DNA of 62,410 nucleotides, the filler included. It is 5 parts of 5 records of this genome, joined end to end, with 100 filler letters (N's around TTAATTAATTAA, not from the genome) between each part and the next. Parts side by side here need not be neighbours in the genome. Positions count along the whole stretch, not along the records: positions 41,480 to 55,073 come from DRR378314_2034; 4 more parts are not named here. One strand, given 5' to 3'. This document shows, piece after piece, positions 41,480-52,682 of the stretch. The notes under the pieces are model-generated. The model was not told where the DNA came from. It saw only the letters and a program-made list of their open reading frames with translations, and did no database searches. The position numbers and the translations under genes were made by a program. Each line of letters begins with the position of its first letter. The stretch's first letter is position 1.

Positions 41480-41807
41480 ATAAATAAGCCCATTCGATTG
41501 ATGCATCAAAATCATTGGCGCCCCGTGCAACTATTTGTCCTGTCATAGACAAACCATCAGCTAAATCTGCACTTATCTGTAACCCAAATAAGCTCTCAGG
41601 TTTAAATGAAACATCTTCGTCATACGCTGAAACAATCGGATAATCAGCTAAAAAGGTAGGAGGTATATCGTATTGCGGGACACCACTTCCGGATAAAACT
41701 TTACCAGCATTAATACTGCTAAAGCCTGAGAAATTAATCTCGCCGTAAGAAACCCCCGTAAACAGTAAACAATTTACAGTTAATAACCAATACAGCTTTT
41801 TCATCAT
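41480..41807 (-). CDS. Outer-membrane porin-like protein, N-terminal part (cut by contig edge)
   Basis: Signal peptide, then EINFSGFSSI..FKPESLFGLQISADL..SMTGQIVARG..IEWAYL, a pattern seen in Alteromonadales porin-like proteins. Confidence 0.65.
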
Positions 41808-42221
41808 TTGCGTTACCTTATGATATGAGTATTTTGCAATATGCATAATTAAAACTAGACCAACATCAAAATATTGCTCATTAATCCAACAGATTATTTC
41901 AAAAATAAGTATGATGGGCGCAAAGACACGCCACTATAAAGTCTGACACTGTAAACTCATCACTGCATATTCTCTGACTCAAATACTGTATTTCTCCTAT
42001 AAACCTCTAAATATTTATCGCGTTTTTCACAAAAATAGACGTACTAAACTTTGATTGCGCGGGATCGTTACCCGTATTTATTTTATTTAACCTAAGACTA
42101 TTACTTGTATGTGAGGCCTTAAAAAGCGGATAATTACCAATTAATGAAAATACACTGATTTAGTGTGGCTAAAACAAAGTAAAGCTAACTAAAAAAGTGC
42201 GCACGAAGGTGGACCAACTCA

Positions 42222-44402
42222 ATGGAAATTAAAGTTAATTTTCTCGATAACCTTAGATTAGAAGCTAAGTTCGACGATTTCTCAGTCATTGCAGATCAAC
42301 CAATCCGTTACAAAGGCGACGGCTCTGCGCCAAGCCCTTTTGACTACTTCCTGGCCTCTTCAGCTTTATGTGCTGCGTATTTTATAAAAGTGTATTGTAA
42401 TGCGCGTGACATATCGACCGACGGTATTCGCGTTGCGCAAAATAACATTGTTGATCCAGAAGATCGTTATAACCAAATTTTTCAAATTCAGGTTGAACTG
42501 CCTGAAAGCATTTCTGAAAAAGACCGCACCGGTATCCTGCGTTCAGTCGATCGCTGTACAGTAAAACGTGTTATTCAAACCAAGCCTGAGTTTAAAATTG
42601 ACGCGGTAGAAAGCCTCGATAACGACGCAGAGGCTATGTTAATGGCAAAGCCTGAGGGCAGCGAAAACACCTTTATTCTTGGAAAAGACTTACCGCTTGA
42701 GCAAACCATCGCTGATATGACCGCGATTTTAGCCGATTTGGGCATGAAGATTGAAATTTCATCGTGGCGCAATATTGTACCAAACGTGTGGTCATTACAT
42801 ATTCGTGATGCTGCCTCTCCAATGTGCTTTACCAATGGTAAAGGCGCAACTAAAGAAAGCGCACTATGCTCTGCCCTTGGCGAATTTATTGAGCGTTTAA
42901 ACTGTAACTTTTTCTATAATGATCAATTCCTTGGTGAAGAAATTGCCAACAGCGAATTTGTTCATTACCCGAATGAAAAATGGTTTGCCCTTACTGACGA
43001 TGACTCATTGCCTGAAGGCATTTTAGACGACTACACGCTAAGCATTTATAACCCTGAAGATGAGTTGTGTGGCTCACACCTAATCGACACAAACTCAGGT
43101 AATGTTGAACGCGGTATTTGCTCTATTCCATATGTTCGTCAATCTGACGGCGAAACCGTGTATTTTCCATCAAACTTAATTGAAAACTTATTCTTAAGTA
43201 ATGGTATGAGCGCCGGTAATAACTTTGCTGAGGCAAAAGTACAGTGTTTATCTGAGATTTTTGAGCGTGCTGTTAAACGCCAAATTATCGAACAAGAAAT
43301 CGTACTGCCTGACGTACCAGAAGACGTGCTTGCTAAATACCCAGGTATTGTTGCCGGTATTAAAGGTTTAGAAGAGCAAGGCTTTCCAGTCGTTGTTAAA
43401 GACGCCTCCCTTGGCGGCCAATTTCCTGTGATGTGCGTGACATTAATGAATCCAAAAACCGGCGGTGTTTTTGCCTCATTTGGTGCACACCCTAGTTTTG
43501 AAGTTGCCCTAGAGCGCAGCTTAACAGAACTATTACAAGGTCGCAGTTTTGAAGGTTTAAATGACGTACCAAAACCAACTTTCAACAGCATGGCTGTCTC
43601 AGAACCTGAAAACTTTGTTGAGCACTTTATTGACTCAACCGGTAAAATTTCATGGCGCTTTTTCAGTGCAAAGCATGATTATGACTTTGTAGAGTGGGAT
43701 TTTTCTGGCACCAATGAAGAAGAAACAGCCAGCCTGTTCGGCATCTTAAAAGATTTAGGTAAAGAAGCCTACATAGCTGAGTTTTCAGACTTAGGCACTG
43801 CATGCCGTATTTTAGTGCCTGATTACTCAGAAGTTTACCCTGTTGAAGATTTAATTTGGGATAACACCAACAAAGCCCTTAAATACCGTGAAGACATTTT
43901 AAACCTGCACAGTTTAGATGAAGACCAACTTGCCGATTTAGTCGAGCGCTTAGAAGAAAGCCAGCTTGATAACTACACTGATATTATCACTCTAATTGGT
44001 GTTGAGTTTGATGAAAACACGGTATGGGGACAGTTAACAATTCTTGAGCTTAAATTACTTATTTACTTAGCATTAGGTGATTTAGAAGCGACGATGGAAC
44101 TAGTTGAAACCTTTTTACAGTTTAACGATAACACCGTTGAACGCGGCTTATTTTACCAAGCAATGCACGCCACACTAGAAGTTGCCTTAAATGATGACCT
44201 TGAAATTGAAGACTACATTCACAGCTTTACCCGCATGTTTGGCCAAGAAGTGATGGATGCAGTGGTTGGTTCAATCAATGGCGATGTAGTGTTTTATGGC
44301 TTAACGCCTACCAACATGCAGCTTGAAGGATTAGAGCGTCATCAGCGTTTAATCGACAGCTACAAAAAACTCCACGCTGCACGCGCTGCAAGGGCTAAAT
44401 AA
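42222..44402 (+). CDS. OsmC-domain/YcaO-domain fusion protein
   Basis: N-terminal ADQP..GDGSAPSPFDYFLASSALC..RCTVK (OsmC/YhfA-like); YcaO part GKDLPLE, TNGKGA..SALGEFIER, SNGMSAGN, SEIFER, FGAHP..ALERSLTELLQGR. Confidence 0.92.
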   Translation: MEIKVNFLDNLRLEAKFDDFSVIADQPIRYKGDGSAPSPFDYFLASSALCAAYFIKVYCNARDISTDGIRVAQNNIVDPEDRYNQIFQIQVELPESISEKDRTGILRSVDRCTVKRVIQTKPEFKIDAVESLDNDAEAMLMAKPEGSENTFILGKDLPLEQTIADMTAILADLGMKIEISSWRNIVPNVWSLHIRDAASPMCFTNGKGATKESALCSALGEFIERLNCNFFYNDQFLGEEIANSEFVHYPNEKWFALTDDDSLPEGILDDYTLSIYNPEDELCGSHLIDTNSGNVERGICSIPYVRQSDGETVYFPSNLIENLFLSNGMSAGNNFAEAKVQCLSEIFERAVKRQIIEQEIVLPDVPEDVLAKYPGIVAGIKGLEEQGFPVVVKDASLGGQFPVMCVTLMNPKTGGVFASFGAHPSFEVALERSLTELLQGRSFEGLNDVPKPTFNSMAVSEPENFVEHFIDSTGKISWRFFSAKHDYDFVEWDFSGTNEEETASLFGILKDLGKEAYIAEFSDLGTACRILVPDYSEVYPVEDLIWDNTNKALKYREDILNLHSLDEDQLADLVERLEESQLDNYTDIITLIGVEFDENTVWGQLTILELKLLIYLALGDLEATMELVETFLQFNDNTVERGLFYQAMHATLEVALNDDLEIEDYIHSFTRMFGQEVMDAVVGSINGDVVFYGLTPTNMQLEGLERHQRLIDSYKKLHAARAARAK

Positions 44403-44404
44403 AA

Positions 44405-44490
44405 AGTGTGAGCGCGAATTTGCGTAGTTAAAGGTTTGAGCCGTCGTCCTTCACGTAGGCTCAGCTTTACGCCGCGCTAATCACTCACTA
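44405..44490. repeat. Long imperfect inverted repeat between convergent genes
   Basis: Nested complementary blocks AGTG/CACT, GCGCG/CGCGC, GCGTA/TACGC, AAAG/CTTT, TGAGCC/GGCTCA. Confidence 0.55.
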
Positions 44491-44493
44491 AAT

Positions 44494-44898
44494 TTAAGCA
44501 CCTAGCATTGGCAGGTGCTTTATTTTTTTGTAGCGCAGTGCCAAAGAGATACAATGAGCAAGTTCCTTGTTCGGCAATGCTTGATCAAGCTCAAACACCA
44601 ACGCACGGTTACCTTGATAGACAAAGGTATCGCCGTATAACTCTTTAAATGTCTCCACCAGCTTTGTATTACAGTTAAAGTAAATACAAAATTGCTGCGG
44701 TGCTTTATCTTTATAATCAAATCGGATTGTGGAACCACTTTTTGAGATATAACTCGGCTCTCCCCATTTCAAGGTTTCTTCAAGTTCGGTGATACCATCT
44801 TGCGCGGCAACGCCAAAAATTAAATTTCGAATATCGTGTAATAACACCGCAATATTGTCAGGGTAAGTCGTAAACTTTTGCTTTACGTTTTCATCCAT
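44494..44898 (-). CDS. DUF1801 (YdhG-like) protein
   Basis: EETLKWGEPSY..GSTIR..YFNCNTKLVETF..FVYQGNRAL..ALRY. Confidence 0.85.
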   Translation of the reverse strand: MDENVKQKFTTYPDNIAVLLHDIRNLIFGVAAQDGITELEETLKWGEPSYISKSGSTIRFDYKDKAPQQFCIYFNCNTKLVETFKELYGDTFVYQGNRALVFELDQALPNKELAHCISLALRYKKIKHLPMLGA

Positions 44899-44915
44899 AT
44901 TTTAAAATATTTCCT

Positions 44916-45536
44916 TTATAGTTCAGCTGGCTTATACCGGTAATGCCCGGTGATTTTATAGCTAAACAGCACATCTTCTCGTTGTGGCCCAGCTCCGATG
45001 TTATGCACAATAAGCGGCGTTTTGTTATCTGCCGCGAGCTCATTTACCACGATACCTATATGCGGCAGATTACCAGGTAGCATCCACGTAACAATATCAC
45101 CCGCTTTATAGCTATCAGCATCATTAGTTATAGCTAGCAGAGTACCGTGACGTTTAAAAAAAGTTTGTAAGTTGGGCACTCTGCGATGATCAATATTGCT
45201 ATCGGGCTTAGTTAAGCCCCATATCCTTGTCGAAGGATAAGATGAGAAATTATCGCGCATGTCTTCATGCACTAATTGTTGTAAATCAATCCCAAGTGTT
45301 CGGTAACTGCGAATAATGACATCGGTGCACACGCCAATATTGGCAGGTACGTCTCCATTTGGGTATGCAATACGATGATAAGCACCGTCATAACGTACAG
45401 TGTACGCTGTTCTTTCATTTGCGGCGTTTACCAATCCATCAGTAAATTTATTGCTATAACTAAAAGCAGAAAACAATAAAGAGAGAGTCAGTAACAATAA
45501 ATGATTAGTATTAACACCTAGCGATCTTAACTGCAT
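44916..45536 (-). CDS. DUF1287 (YijF-like) secreted protein
   Basis: YDGAY..IAYPNGDVP..GVCTDVIIRSYR..DSNIDHRRVPNL..GDIVTW..HIGIV..HNIG. Confidence 0.9.
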   Translation of the reverse strand: MQLRSLGVNTNHLLLLTLSLLFSAFSYSNKFTDGLVNAANERTAYTVRYDGAYHRIAYPNGDVPANIGVCTDVIIRSYRTLGIDLQQLVHEDMRDNFSSYPSTRIWGLTKPDSNIDHRRVPNLQTFFKRHGTLLAITNDADSYKAGDIVTWMLPGNLPHIGIVVNELAADNKTPLIVHNIGAGPQREDVLFSYKITGHYRYKPAEL

Positions 45537-45554
45537 TGCATTTTCCTTTTTAGT

Positions 45555-45806
45555 TTAGGTTCGACTGTTAGAGGTTAAATGCTCACTGAGCACCAGCCTA
45601 ATCTCAAGCTCGCTTCGCTTGATCTCTTTCATTATCGATTGTCGGTTCATTTCCATAAACAGCCACAGCTTTATTGCAATTTGCATCATTAAACTACTCA
45701 CAAAACACACTGCCCAAAACAATTGCTCAGCTGATATTATCAAAGTGGCTATATGAATAAAAATAGCTTTGACTATATAAACAAAACCATTCTCGGGGGA
45801 ATGCAA
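45555..45806 (-). pseudogene. Probable truncated DUF6768-like membrane protein
   Basis: C-terminus IKLWLFMEMNRQSIMKEIKRSEL resembles the W-x-x-M-E-M-N-x-x-S-x-x-R/K-E-I-K-R motif; no convincing start. Confidence 0.4.
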
Positions 45807-45918
45807 TCTCTAGGGAAGAAGCTCATTGGGCATGCTGCTTTATAATATGGAAGCCATAGGGTTTAGCTGGTTGGCTAATGCATAACTTTAAACTTACTAC
45901 GGTTATTGCACTAACGCA

Positions 45919-47754
45919 TTAGGCAATAATAATATTTCTGCCACTTCGTTTTGCTGCATACAAATTAACATCAGCACGTTTTGCAGCTTGTTTAGGCGAT
46001 TCATCTGGAGCAACTTCCACAACCCCCATGCTCACCGTAGCCTTAATATTTTTTACTGTATGAGTTTGTAGCGCAATAGCGCTTCTAATTCTTTCTGCAA
46101 CTTCTAGAGCATGTTGCAGTGATTGTTGCTCAAGTACAATTAAAAACTCTTCCCCGCCAACACGACCTACGCTATCGGAAGAGCGCACACCTTTTGAAAT
46201 TGTATTAACCACTGACTTTATTAGTTCGTCACCAATATCGTGACCGTACTGATCATTAACCGCTTTAAAATGATCAATATCAATAGATATAAGTGAGTTA
46301 GTTGTCCCTTTAATTTTGCTCTTACAAATTGCCCTTTTATTCTTGTCTAAAATAGCTCGGCGATTAGCAACACCGGTTAACTCATCTTTTAATGCCAATA
46401 CTTTGTAATGTTGTTTATGTTGAACTTGCTTATAGGCATACACACAAAGGGTTAAAAGCATCACACAAGCAAAGACTAAAGTCAGTCGCTGCCAAAACGC
46501 TTTATCTACAGCTATATCTAGTAACTTTTCTTTAAAATCAGCAACTTCTTGGAGCCGAGCTATTTCTCTATTTTGCTGATTTAAATTAAACATTAACCGT
46601 TCAGAAAGTAACGCCCTATCAGCTACATTATTCACTTGGGTATTTGCAATTGCTAGCAATTGTTTTTGAACTGTTGCTTGTGTTTGGTAATCACCCTGTC
46701 GCTTAGCTAAATTAGCGTAAAACTGCAAGTATCTCTTTGTAAAACTTACAGGCCAATTTTGTTGGTCTAATTGAATCAGTACATTATTTTCACGCACAGC
46801 ATTGGCTATTTGTTCTGTTGCTAAAAACCACTGAGCACGTGCCAATGTATATAAAAGCGTGATCCAATCACTTGTAATATCAAGTTTTTGTACTTGACTA
46901 AAATATTGCTGTGCTTTTTCAAGCTCATTTAATTGGGTATAAAGTTGAGCAACTTTTATCGCTAAGTATCCAAAACCATCATCATTTTCGTATTGACGCA
47001 CCGCAGAAAAAATCGATAAATATAACTCAATAGCTTTGTTAACCTCACCTTTTAGTTCATACACATAAGCAATTTCATCGGTCACTTTATAATGTTCTTG
47101 CACATTAAATTTTGCCAACTCAGCTTTTGCACGAAGTAGCTGTTCAATCGCTAAATCATAGTTATAAAGAGCGGCATGTATGGCTGCAATTTCTTTAAGA
47201 GTTAAAGCTCGTTCATAATAGTTTTCAGCCAGTTCGTAAGCTTGATAAGATTTCTGTGCTGTATCGAAAGCTAACTTATATTGACCTTTCGCTAAATAAA
47301 CACGGCTCAAGACAAGATTAGCAAAACCAATAACTGAGGCTTGTGATTTATCATCAAGCTCGGGATTTAAAGCAACTTCAGCTGTTGGCTGCAAAATCAT
47401 TTGTGCGTGTTCATATAAACCTTGGCTATAAAATTGGAAGGCCTCACATACACTAAGACCCTGCAAAAGTACTTTATCCCCCGAAGAGCGTATAATATCC
47501 TCAGCCTCGGTTAAAAACACTTTAAATGCTCGGCGCTTGTCTATCGTATCGGAATCAAAAAAGAGACACTTAAACGCCATAATCCTCGCATTATCTAAAT
47601 CATCACTATATGGCATACCAGCTTCAAGTGAAGCTAATACAGCCACAGACTCAGGCTTAGTGGTATACCCTTGATAAACGCGATCGATGCTATTTTTTAC
47701 ATCACTGGCAAAAATGCTGGTTGAAAAGAAAAAAAACAACAACGTCCTGTACAT
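45919..47754 (-). CDS. Membrane-anchored diguanylate cyclase with periplasmic TPR-like sensor
   Basis: Signal peptide, helical repeats, one TM segment, DELTGVANRR, DIDHFKAVNDQYGH..GD, I-site RSSD, GGEEF, AD..LYAAKRSGRN. Confidence 0.92.
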   Translation of the reverse strand: MYRTLLFFFFSTSIFASDVKNSIDRVYQGYTTKPESVAVLASLEAGMPYSDDLDNARIMAFKCLFFDSDTIDKRRAFKVFLTEAEDIIRSSGDKVLLQGLSVCEAFQFYSQGLYEHAQMILQPTAEVALNPELDDKSQASVIGFANLVLSRVYLAKGQYKLAFDTAQKSYQAYELAENYYERALTLKEIAAIHAALYNYDLAIEQLLRAKAELAKFNVQEHYKVTDEIAYVYELKGEVNKAIELYLSIFSAVRQYENDDGFGYLAIKVAQLYTQLNELEKAQQYFSQVQKLDITSDWITLLYTLARAQWFLATEQIANAVRENNVLIQLDQQNWPVSFTKRYLQFYANLAKRQGDYQTQATVQKQLLAIANTQVNNVADRALLSERLMFNLNQQNREIARLQEVADFKEKLLDIAVDKAFWQRLTLVFACVMLLTLCVYAYKQVQHKQHYKVLALKDELTGVANRRAILDKNKRAICKSKIKGTTNSLISIDIDHFKAVNDQYGHDIGDELIKSVVNTISKGVRSSDSVGRVGGEEFLIVLEQQSLQHALEVAERIRSAIALQTHTVKNIKATVSMGVVEVAPDESPKQAAKRADVNLYAAKRSGRNIIIA

Positions 47755-48078
47755 ACTTTACAATCCCTTAGTCCAAAGCGAGGTATTTATTATTTAAGTA
47801 TTTGATATTAAAATCCAAACAATTATTGCACTAAAATGAATTTGATAACAGATTGAAATAACAACTTCTTATCATCATAACCTTTCTCGGGATCAAGTCT
47901 TGCTTTTTGCCACTACTTTACCGACCTTCGAATAATGAAGTTTAAAATACTCGCCAATTTCTTTGAGGGTATAAATGCCAGATAAATACGCCCCTTACTT
48001 AATCAGTCCTAACAGCAAATAAATACAAAAAAGCAAAAAGAAACGCCTAAGCTCCTATGATTATTTTTTCTCGCATAT

Positions 48079-48110
48079 AAAAAAGCCTGGGCAGTTTTGC
48101 TCAGGCTTTT
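48079..48110. terminator. Rho-independent terminator (pitrilysin gene)
   Basis: AAAAAAGCCTGGGCA-gttt-TGCTCAGGCTTTT. Confidence 0.8.
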
Positions 48111-48157
48111 ATTCATTTTATGCCTCTGTTAACCAGAAGCTTAATTTTTTCAGCAAA

Positions 48158-51041
48158 TCACTTTTGCAATTTAATACCATCAAAGTGCGCTTGTAAGTCT
48201 TTGACTTTTGTTTGCTTTGGTAAGTCTGCGAACGCTTTGTCGGCAAATTTACTACCACGTAATTGCACATTTAACCGTGCAGCTTCTGGGTTTAGCATGG
48301 TTTGTTTGTAATAGTCTTTAATATCCGCAAGGGTGACTTTTTCTACTTCTGCGATTAGCTTTGCCCTTGAATCAAAGTCAAAGTTCTCGCGGTACCAATC
48401 ACCAATCAATGGGCCCATTTCATCACTTAAGTTTTTAGGCTGCTCTTTAAGCGAAACAAGGGATGCATTTTTAAGCTGAGCAAATGTCTCCTCGCTCATA
48501 TTATCAAGCTCAACAGCGTATTGCTTTTTGAACGTCTCGAAACGCGCTTGCATTTCTTTCGGGCCTTTTACTGGTGTTTGAATAAACAGACCAATTGCTG
48601 AGTAATCTTCGATTGGGCGAGCAAGTGCACCTACGGCATAGGCTAGCTGCTCTTCGGTACGCATTTTGTCAAACGCGATAGTTCTAAAGTGATCTTGTAA
48701 TACTTGTGCTTGCGCTTTTTGCTTATAACCGGCAATTGGGTGCACAGTCATATCGATGATCGCTACATCCGCAACATCAATGTCTTTTTGTAAAACGATG
48801 GTTTCACCTACTTGCGGTAACCACGCTTTACTGCGCGCAAAGGCTGTAGATTGATGATTGTTAGGTAAAACATCTGTTAGCTCTTTTGCAATGGCTTCAA
48901 CATCTTGCTGGTTGTAATTACCAAAGGTAAATACACGCAGTTCATTATTGCTAAATGTATGTTGTTTTAATTGCTCAAAATCTGCAAGGGTAATTGATTG
49001 GGCGGTTTTAATTAATTCGTCCGTATCAAAGCTGCCGGTTCTGATCAGCTTTGAGTATTCGTCAAATGCTTGATAGAAAGGAAATTGCTTTTGTTTATTC
49101 AGTAAGCCACGTTGGAAGCGGTCTAGCGCTTGCGCTAAGCCTTGCTGCGTTGTTTGAACATTAATTGATTCAAGCGCTTGTGCCAACAATACATCTTGCT
49201 TATCCGTAAAACCACTTAGTGATAAGATCAAGCCATTACTTGCTTCTAAACCTACACTCATGCCTGCAACCGCAGCCTCAGTGCTTAATTTACTTTGTTG
49301 TAAATTATATAGATCAGCCCATACTGAATACAGTACTTTGGCTTTAATATCTGTGAGTGCGTCAGGTGTATTTACATACACTTCGACTAAACCTTTAGGT
49401 TGCTCAGCAAAGTTTTGACTTGCTTGGCGCCATACTTTTACGCCTTGTTTGTCATAGACTAACTCTGGGTTTTCTTGCTCACCGAATCCAGCGGTTTTAA
49501 TAGCAAAGCTTTCAGGCAATAAACGGTTTACCGTTGGCAATGCAAGGTCAAACTCACTTGGCTTGTCCCAGCTGGCAATCTCTTCATCACTAATATCTTC
49601 AATGCGATATTTACCATCGTAAAAATGTAATTGTGAATCGGTTTCTTCTTGCTTAGAGGTATACCAAACTCGCAGAGTGTCGGCGTTTAATTGCTTAAGC
49701 ACATTGTTTATCGCATCAGCATCAAACTTCGCATAATGATACGGCGCATTAATAGCATGATTAATTGGGTACTCTTGCATGCTGCCAGCGAGGTTACTAA
49801 CATAACCAAATTCGTCGCCCTTTTCTAAGAATTGGAATTGATTATTTAACGATGTACGAATTTCATTAAAGTATTTGCTATCAACCCCTTCTTTTTTGAT
49901 AAGGTCGATATATTGCATAAATAGTCGCGACTATTGTTTCACGATTCTTCATACCCTCATCGGTCAGCTGTATATCAACCGTAAGTGCACCATAGTTGCC
50001 GTAGTGCGTAGGAGAACTACTTGCTGATAATTGCGAAACCCAGCCTTTATCACGCAATATTTGCGCTGGGCTTCCCTGCATTTCATTACTGAGCAGGTAA
50101 GCAACAAAGCGATTTGGTTTAACCGCAAATTCATCGCTATTATCAACTATAGTAAAATCAAGCTGTAACTGTTTTACGTCTTCGTTTGGTGCGTAATGAA
50201 CACGTTTTCCGCCAACGTTATCAAAATCAAGCTTCTTAGTGACTGTTGGTTCTTCGATTTCTTTGTCTTCAATATCTGCAAAGTACTTTTGTGCTTTTGC
50301 TTCCATTTCGCTCAGTGGTAAATTAGAAATCATTGCCACTTTCATAATATTTGAAGAGTAATATTTGTTGTAGAAATCGACGGTTTCTTTATGCAGTGAG
50401 CTGCCTTCTTTATCACCAAGCGTTTCAAGGTTACCAATTAAAAAGCGGTTAGCTGGGTGATCGCCCATCATTTTACGTGCCAGTTTAAATTGGCCAAAAA
50501 AGTCCATTTCACGACGCATTGACCACTCGGCGTTTACGGCGTTTTTTTCTTTATCTGTGTATTCAGGATAAAGTTTAGGCGATTTAAAGAAATCGGCAAA
50601 GCGGTCAAGGGCTTCATCGTAGGCATCGTTATTTACTTTAAACATGTAATTAGTGATATCAAGCCAAGTGTAGGCGTTGTGGGCACCACCATTTTTAGTC
50701 ATGAAATCAGAGTAGCCTTTAGTGTCTGGGTAGCGCTCTGTGCCTAAAAACAACATATGCTCTAAATAGTGCGCCATGCCTTGCTGGCTCATAGGATCAT
50801 GTAATAAACCTACCCCTACACTCAGTGCCGCTGCTGACTTTTCTGCACTTGGATCTGAGACTAAAATCACTTCAATGTTATTTGCTAACTTAAGCGTTTT
50901 ATATTCGCGATTGTCATTTGGGCTTATTACTAAGGTATCTGATAATAATGCAGTATTTTGTTGAACGGGTGTTGTTGTAGTTGTGCTGCAACCTGATAAA
51001 ACAGCAAGCGCTATTGCACTTAGGGTAATAATTTTTTTCAT
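48158..51041 (-). CDS. M16 insulinase/pitrilysin-family lipoprotein peptidase, split by a single frameshift at ~49919
   Basis: Lipobox LSGC, HYLEH zinc motif, NAYT, C-terminal MRTEEQLAYAV; the halves join as ATI-MQY if one T is removed from ACTATTTATG. Confidence 0.88.
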
Positions 51042-51201
51042 ATTCAGGGCTAATCCATCACTTAATGTATTGTTTGAATGATCGGTAAATATCAAAATGC
51101 TTGCAATCATTTTCCTATTTACTTTGTAACACATTGTAAATTGCAAAAACAAACTGTTAGTCTGAGCAAGTTTTATAATTAAATAATAAAAAGGACTCAA
51201 A

Positions 51202-51621
51202 ATGGATAAGTATGTGTTATTGGCGATGTTTGCACAGGTTTTATTAACTTTTACCGTCATGGTAATTATGGGGCGTCGTCGTTTCGCTGCTGCAAAAAAC
51301 AAAACAATTTCAATGTCTGATTTCGCGACCATGAAACTCGAACACGCAGGAGACAGAGTAAGAGTAGCAGATAGAAATTTTATCAATCAGTTCGAAATGC
51401 CAGTATTTTTCTTCATTGCATGCCTAGCTGCAATGCAAATGAACGCAGTAGGCACTTTATTCACAGCCGTTGCATGGGGATTTGTGGTATCAAGAATAGT
51501 GCACACGCTGATTCATGTCGGCGCAAATAATGTAAAACCACGTTATTACAGTTTTTTAATTGGTTGCTTAATGATTCTAGTACTGTGGGTACTGATTGTT
51601 TTGCGCGTATTTAGCGTTTAA
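51202..51621 (+). CDS. MAPEG-family membrane protein
   Basis: RNFINQFEMPVFF, SRIVHTLIH, four hydrophobic helices. Confidence 0.85.
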   Translation: MDKYVLLAMFAQVLLTFTVMVIMGRRRFAAAKNKTISMSDFATMKLEHAGDRVRVADRNFINQFEMPVFFFIACLAAMQMNAVGTLFTAVAWGFVVSRIVHTLIHVGANNVKPRYYSFLIGCLMILVLWVLIVLRVFSV

Positions 51622-51631
51622 TAACGCATTT

Positions 51632-51663
51632 AATAGTGCTATCAAACAGTTGATAGCACTATT
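51632..51663. terminator. Bidirectional terminator between convergent genes
   Basis: AATAGTGCTATCAA-acag-TTGATAGCACTATT perfect 14-bp stem. Confidence 0.75.
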
Positions 51664-51672
51664 TTTAAATGC

Positions 51673-52419
51673 CTAAACAGTGCGACGGCGTTTAAAGCCG
51701 AATAACACCAACGGCAGTACAAACCAGCCAATAGCGCCACTAGAGCTACCCTCATCAGGAGTAACAATCAAACCATCGTCATTATTACTTGTATTTTCTT
51801 TTGGCGATAAGTTTATTGACGAGTTTGGATCATCATCCAAAACAACAACACTGTTAATCGAGACTAAATTAGCAGATGTAATAACAGTATCTGGATCAGC
51901 ACACTGCTCGGTGGTGATGTCTACAACAGGTATTTCACCGCAATGTGTTAGCTCACGAATTGCGTCAATTACAGCATAGCTATCTGTCGTAATTTGGCCA
52001 AAGACAGTAAAACCACCATTTTGGTTATCTAAATTTGCGCTGTTGTCTTTTAAATTAAAAAACCATTGGCTGGTGGCACTGTTTGCATCATTGCCCAACT
52101 TTGCCATAGCGATAGTGCCTTTTACATTTGATAAAACAGGCTCGTTATCAACAGCATCTGATGTCTCAATTGCTTTAAACTCATTGTCATAGGTGAATCC
52201 ACCACCTTGAATCACAAAGTTACTAACTGAGCGGTGAATCACTGTGTTGTTATACAATTCGTTATCAACATAACTCAAAAAGTTTTCAACTGTTTTCGGT
52301 GTGTGTTGATCAAATAAATTGATAGTGATGGTTCCTTGCGAGGTTTGCATTTCAACAACAGTCGCGCTGCTGGCAAATGTTGTGACCGCTAAAAGCCCTG
52401 CTAATATTATTTTTTTCAT
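51673..52419 (-). CDS. Secreted cyclophilin-type PPIase with C-terminal GlyGly-CTERM-like sorting signal
   Basis: Signal peptide, PKTVENFL, HRSV.NFVIQGGG, GTIAMAK..SATSQWFFN, GFTVFG; tail SSSGAIGWFVLPLVLFGFKRRR. Confidence 0.88.
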   Translation of the reverse strand: MKKIILAGLLAVTTFASSATVVEMQTSQGTITINLFDQHTPKTVENFLSYVDNELYNNTVIHRSVSNFVIQGGGFTYDNEFKAIETSDAVDNEPVLSNVKGTIAMAKLGNDANSATSQWFFNLKDNSANLDNQNGGFTVFGQITTDSYAVIDAIRELTHCGEIPVVDITTEQCADPDTVITSANLVSINSVVVLDDDPNSSINLSPKENTSNNDDGLIVTPDEGSSSGAIGWFVLPLVLFGFKRRRTV

Positions 52420-52682
52420 TGTTTTTGTTTCCAGTTACAGTGTTGTTCTTATGTAAATTTAATGAAAATACTATACAAACACTGCATCAATTACGAGCTG
52501 CAAACCATTAATAATACAAATCAACTCAAAACGGTTACAATCGAGTTACACTTACTTACACCTTGTTCTTTATTCGTTGACGTTATAAAGAGACGCTGCT
52601 TAAAACTAAATGATCTCAATTCCATGGTTTTAATTTGTTAGGATGACCGCGACAACAAAAACACACAACAGGATCAACCGTC

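Noticed and set aside
51042-51386. N-terminal extension of pitrilysin
   Set aside because: It overlaps the divergent MAPEG gene; the lipoprotein signal peptide starts at 51041.
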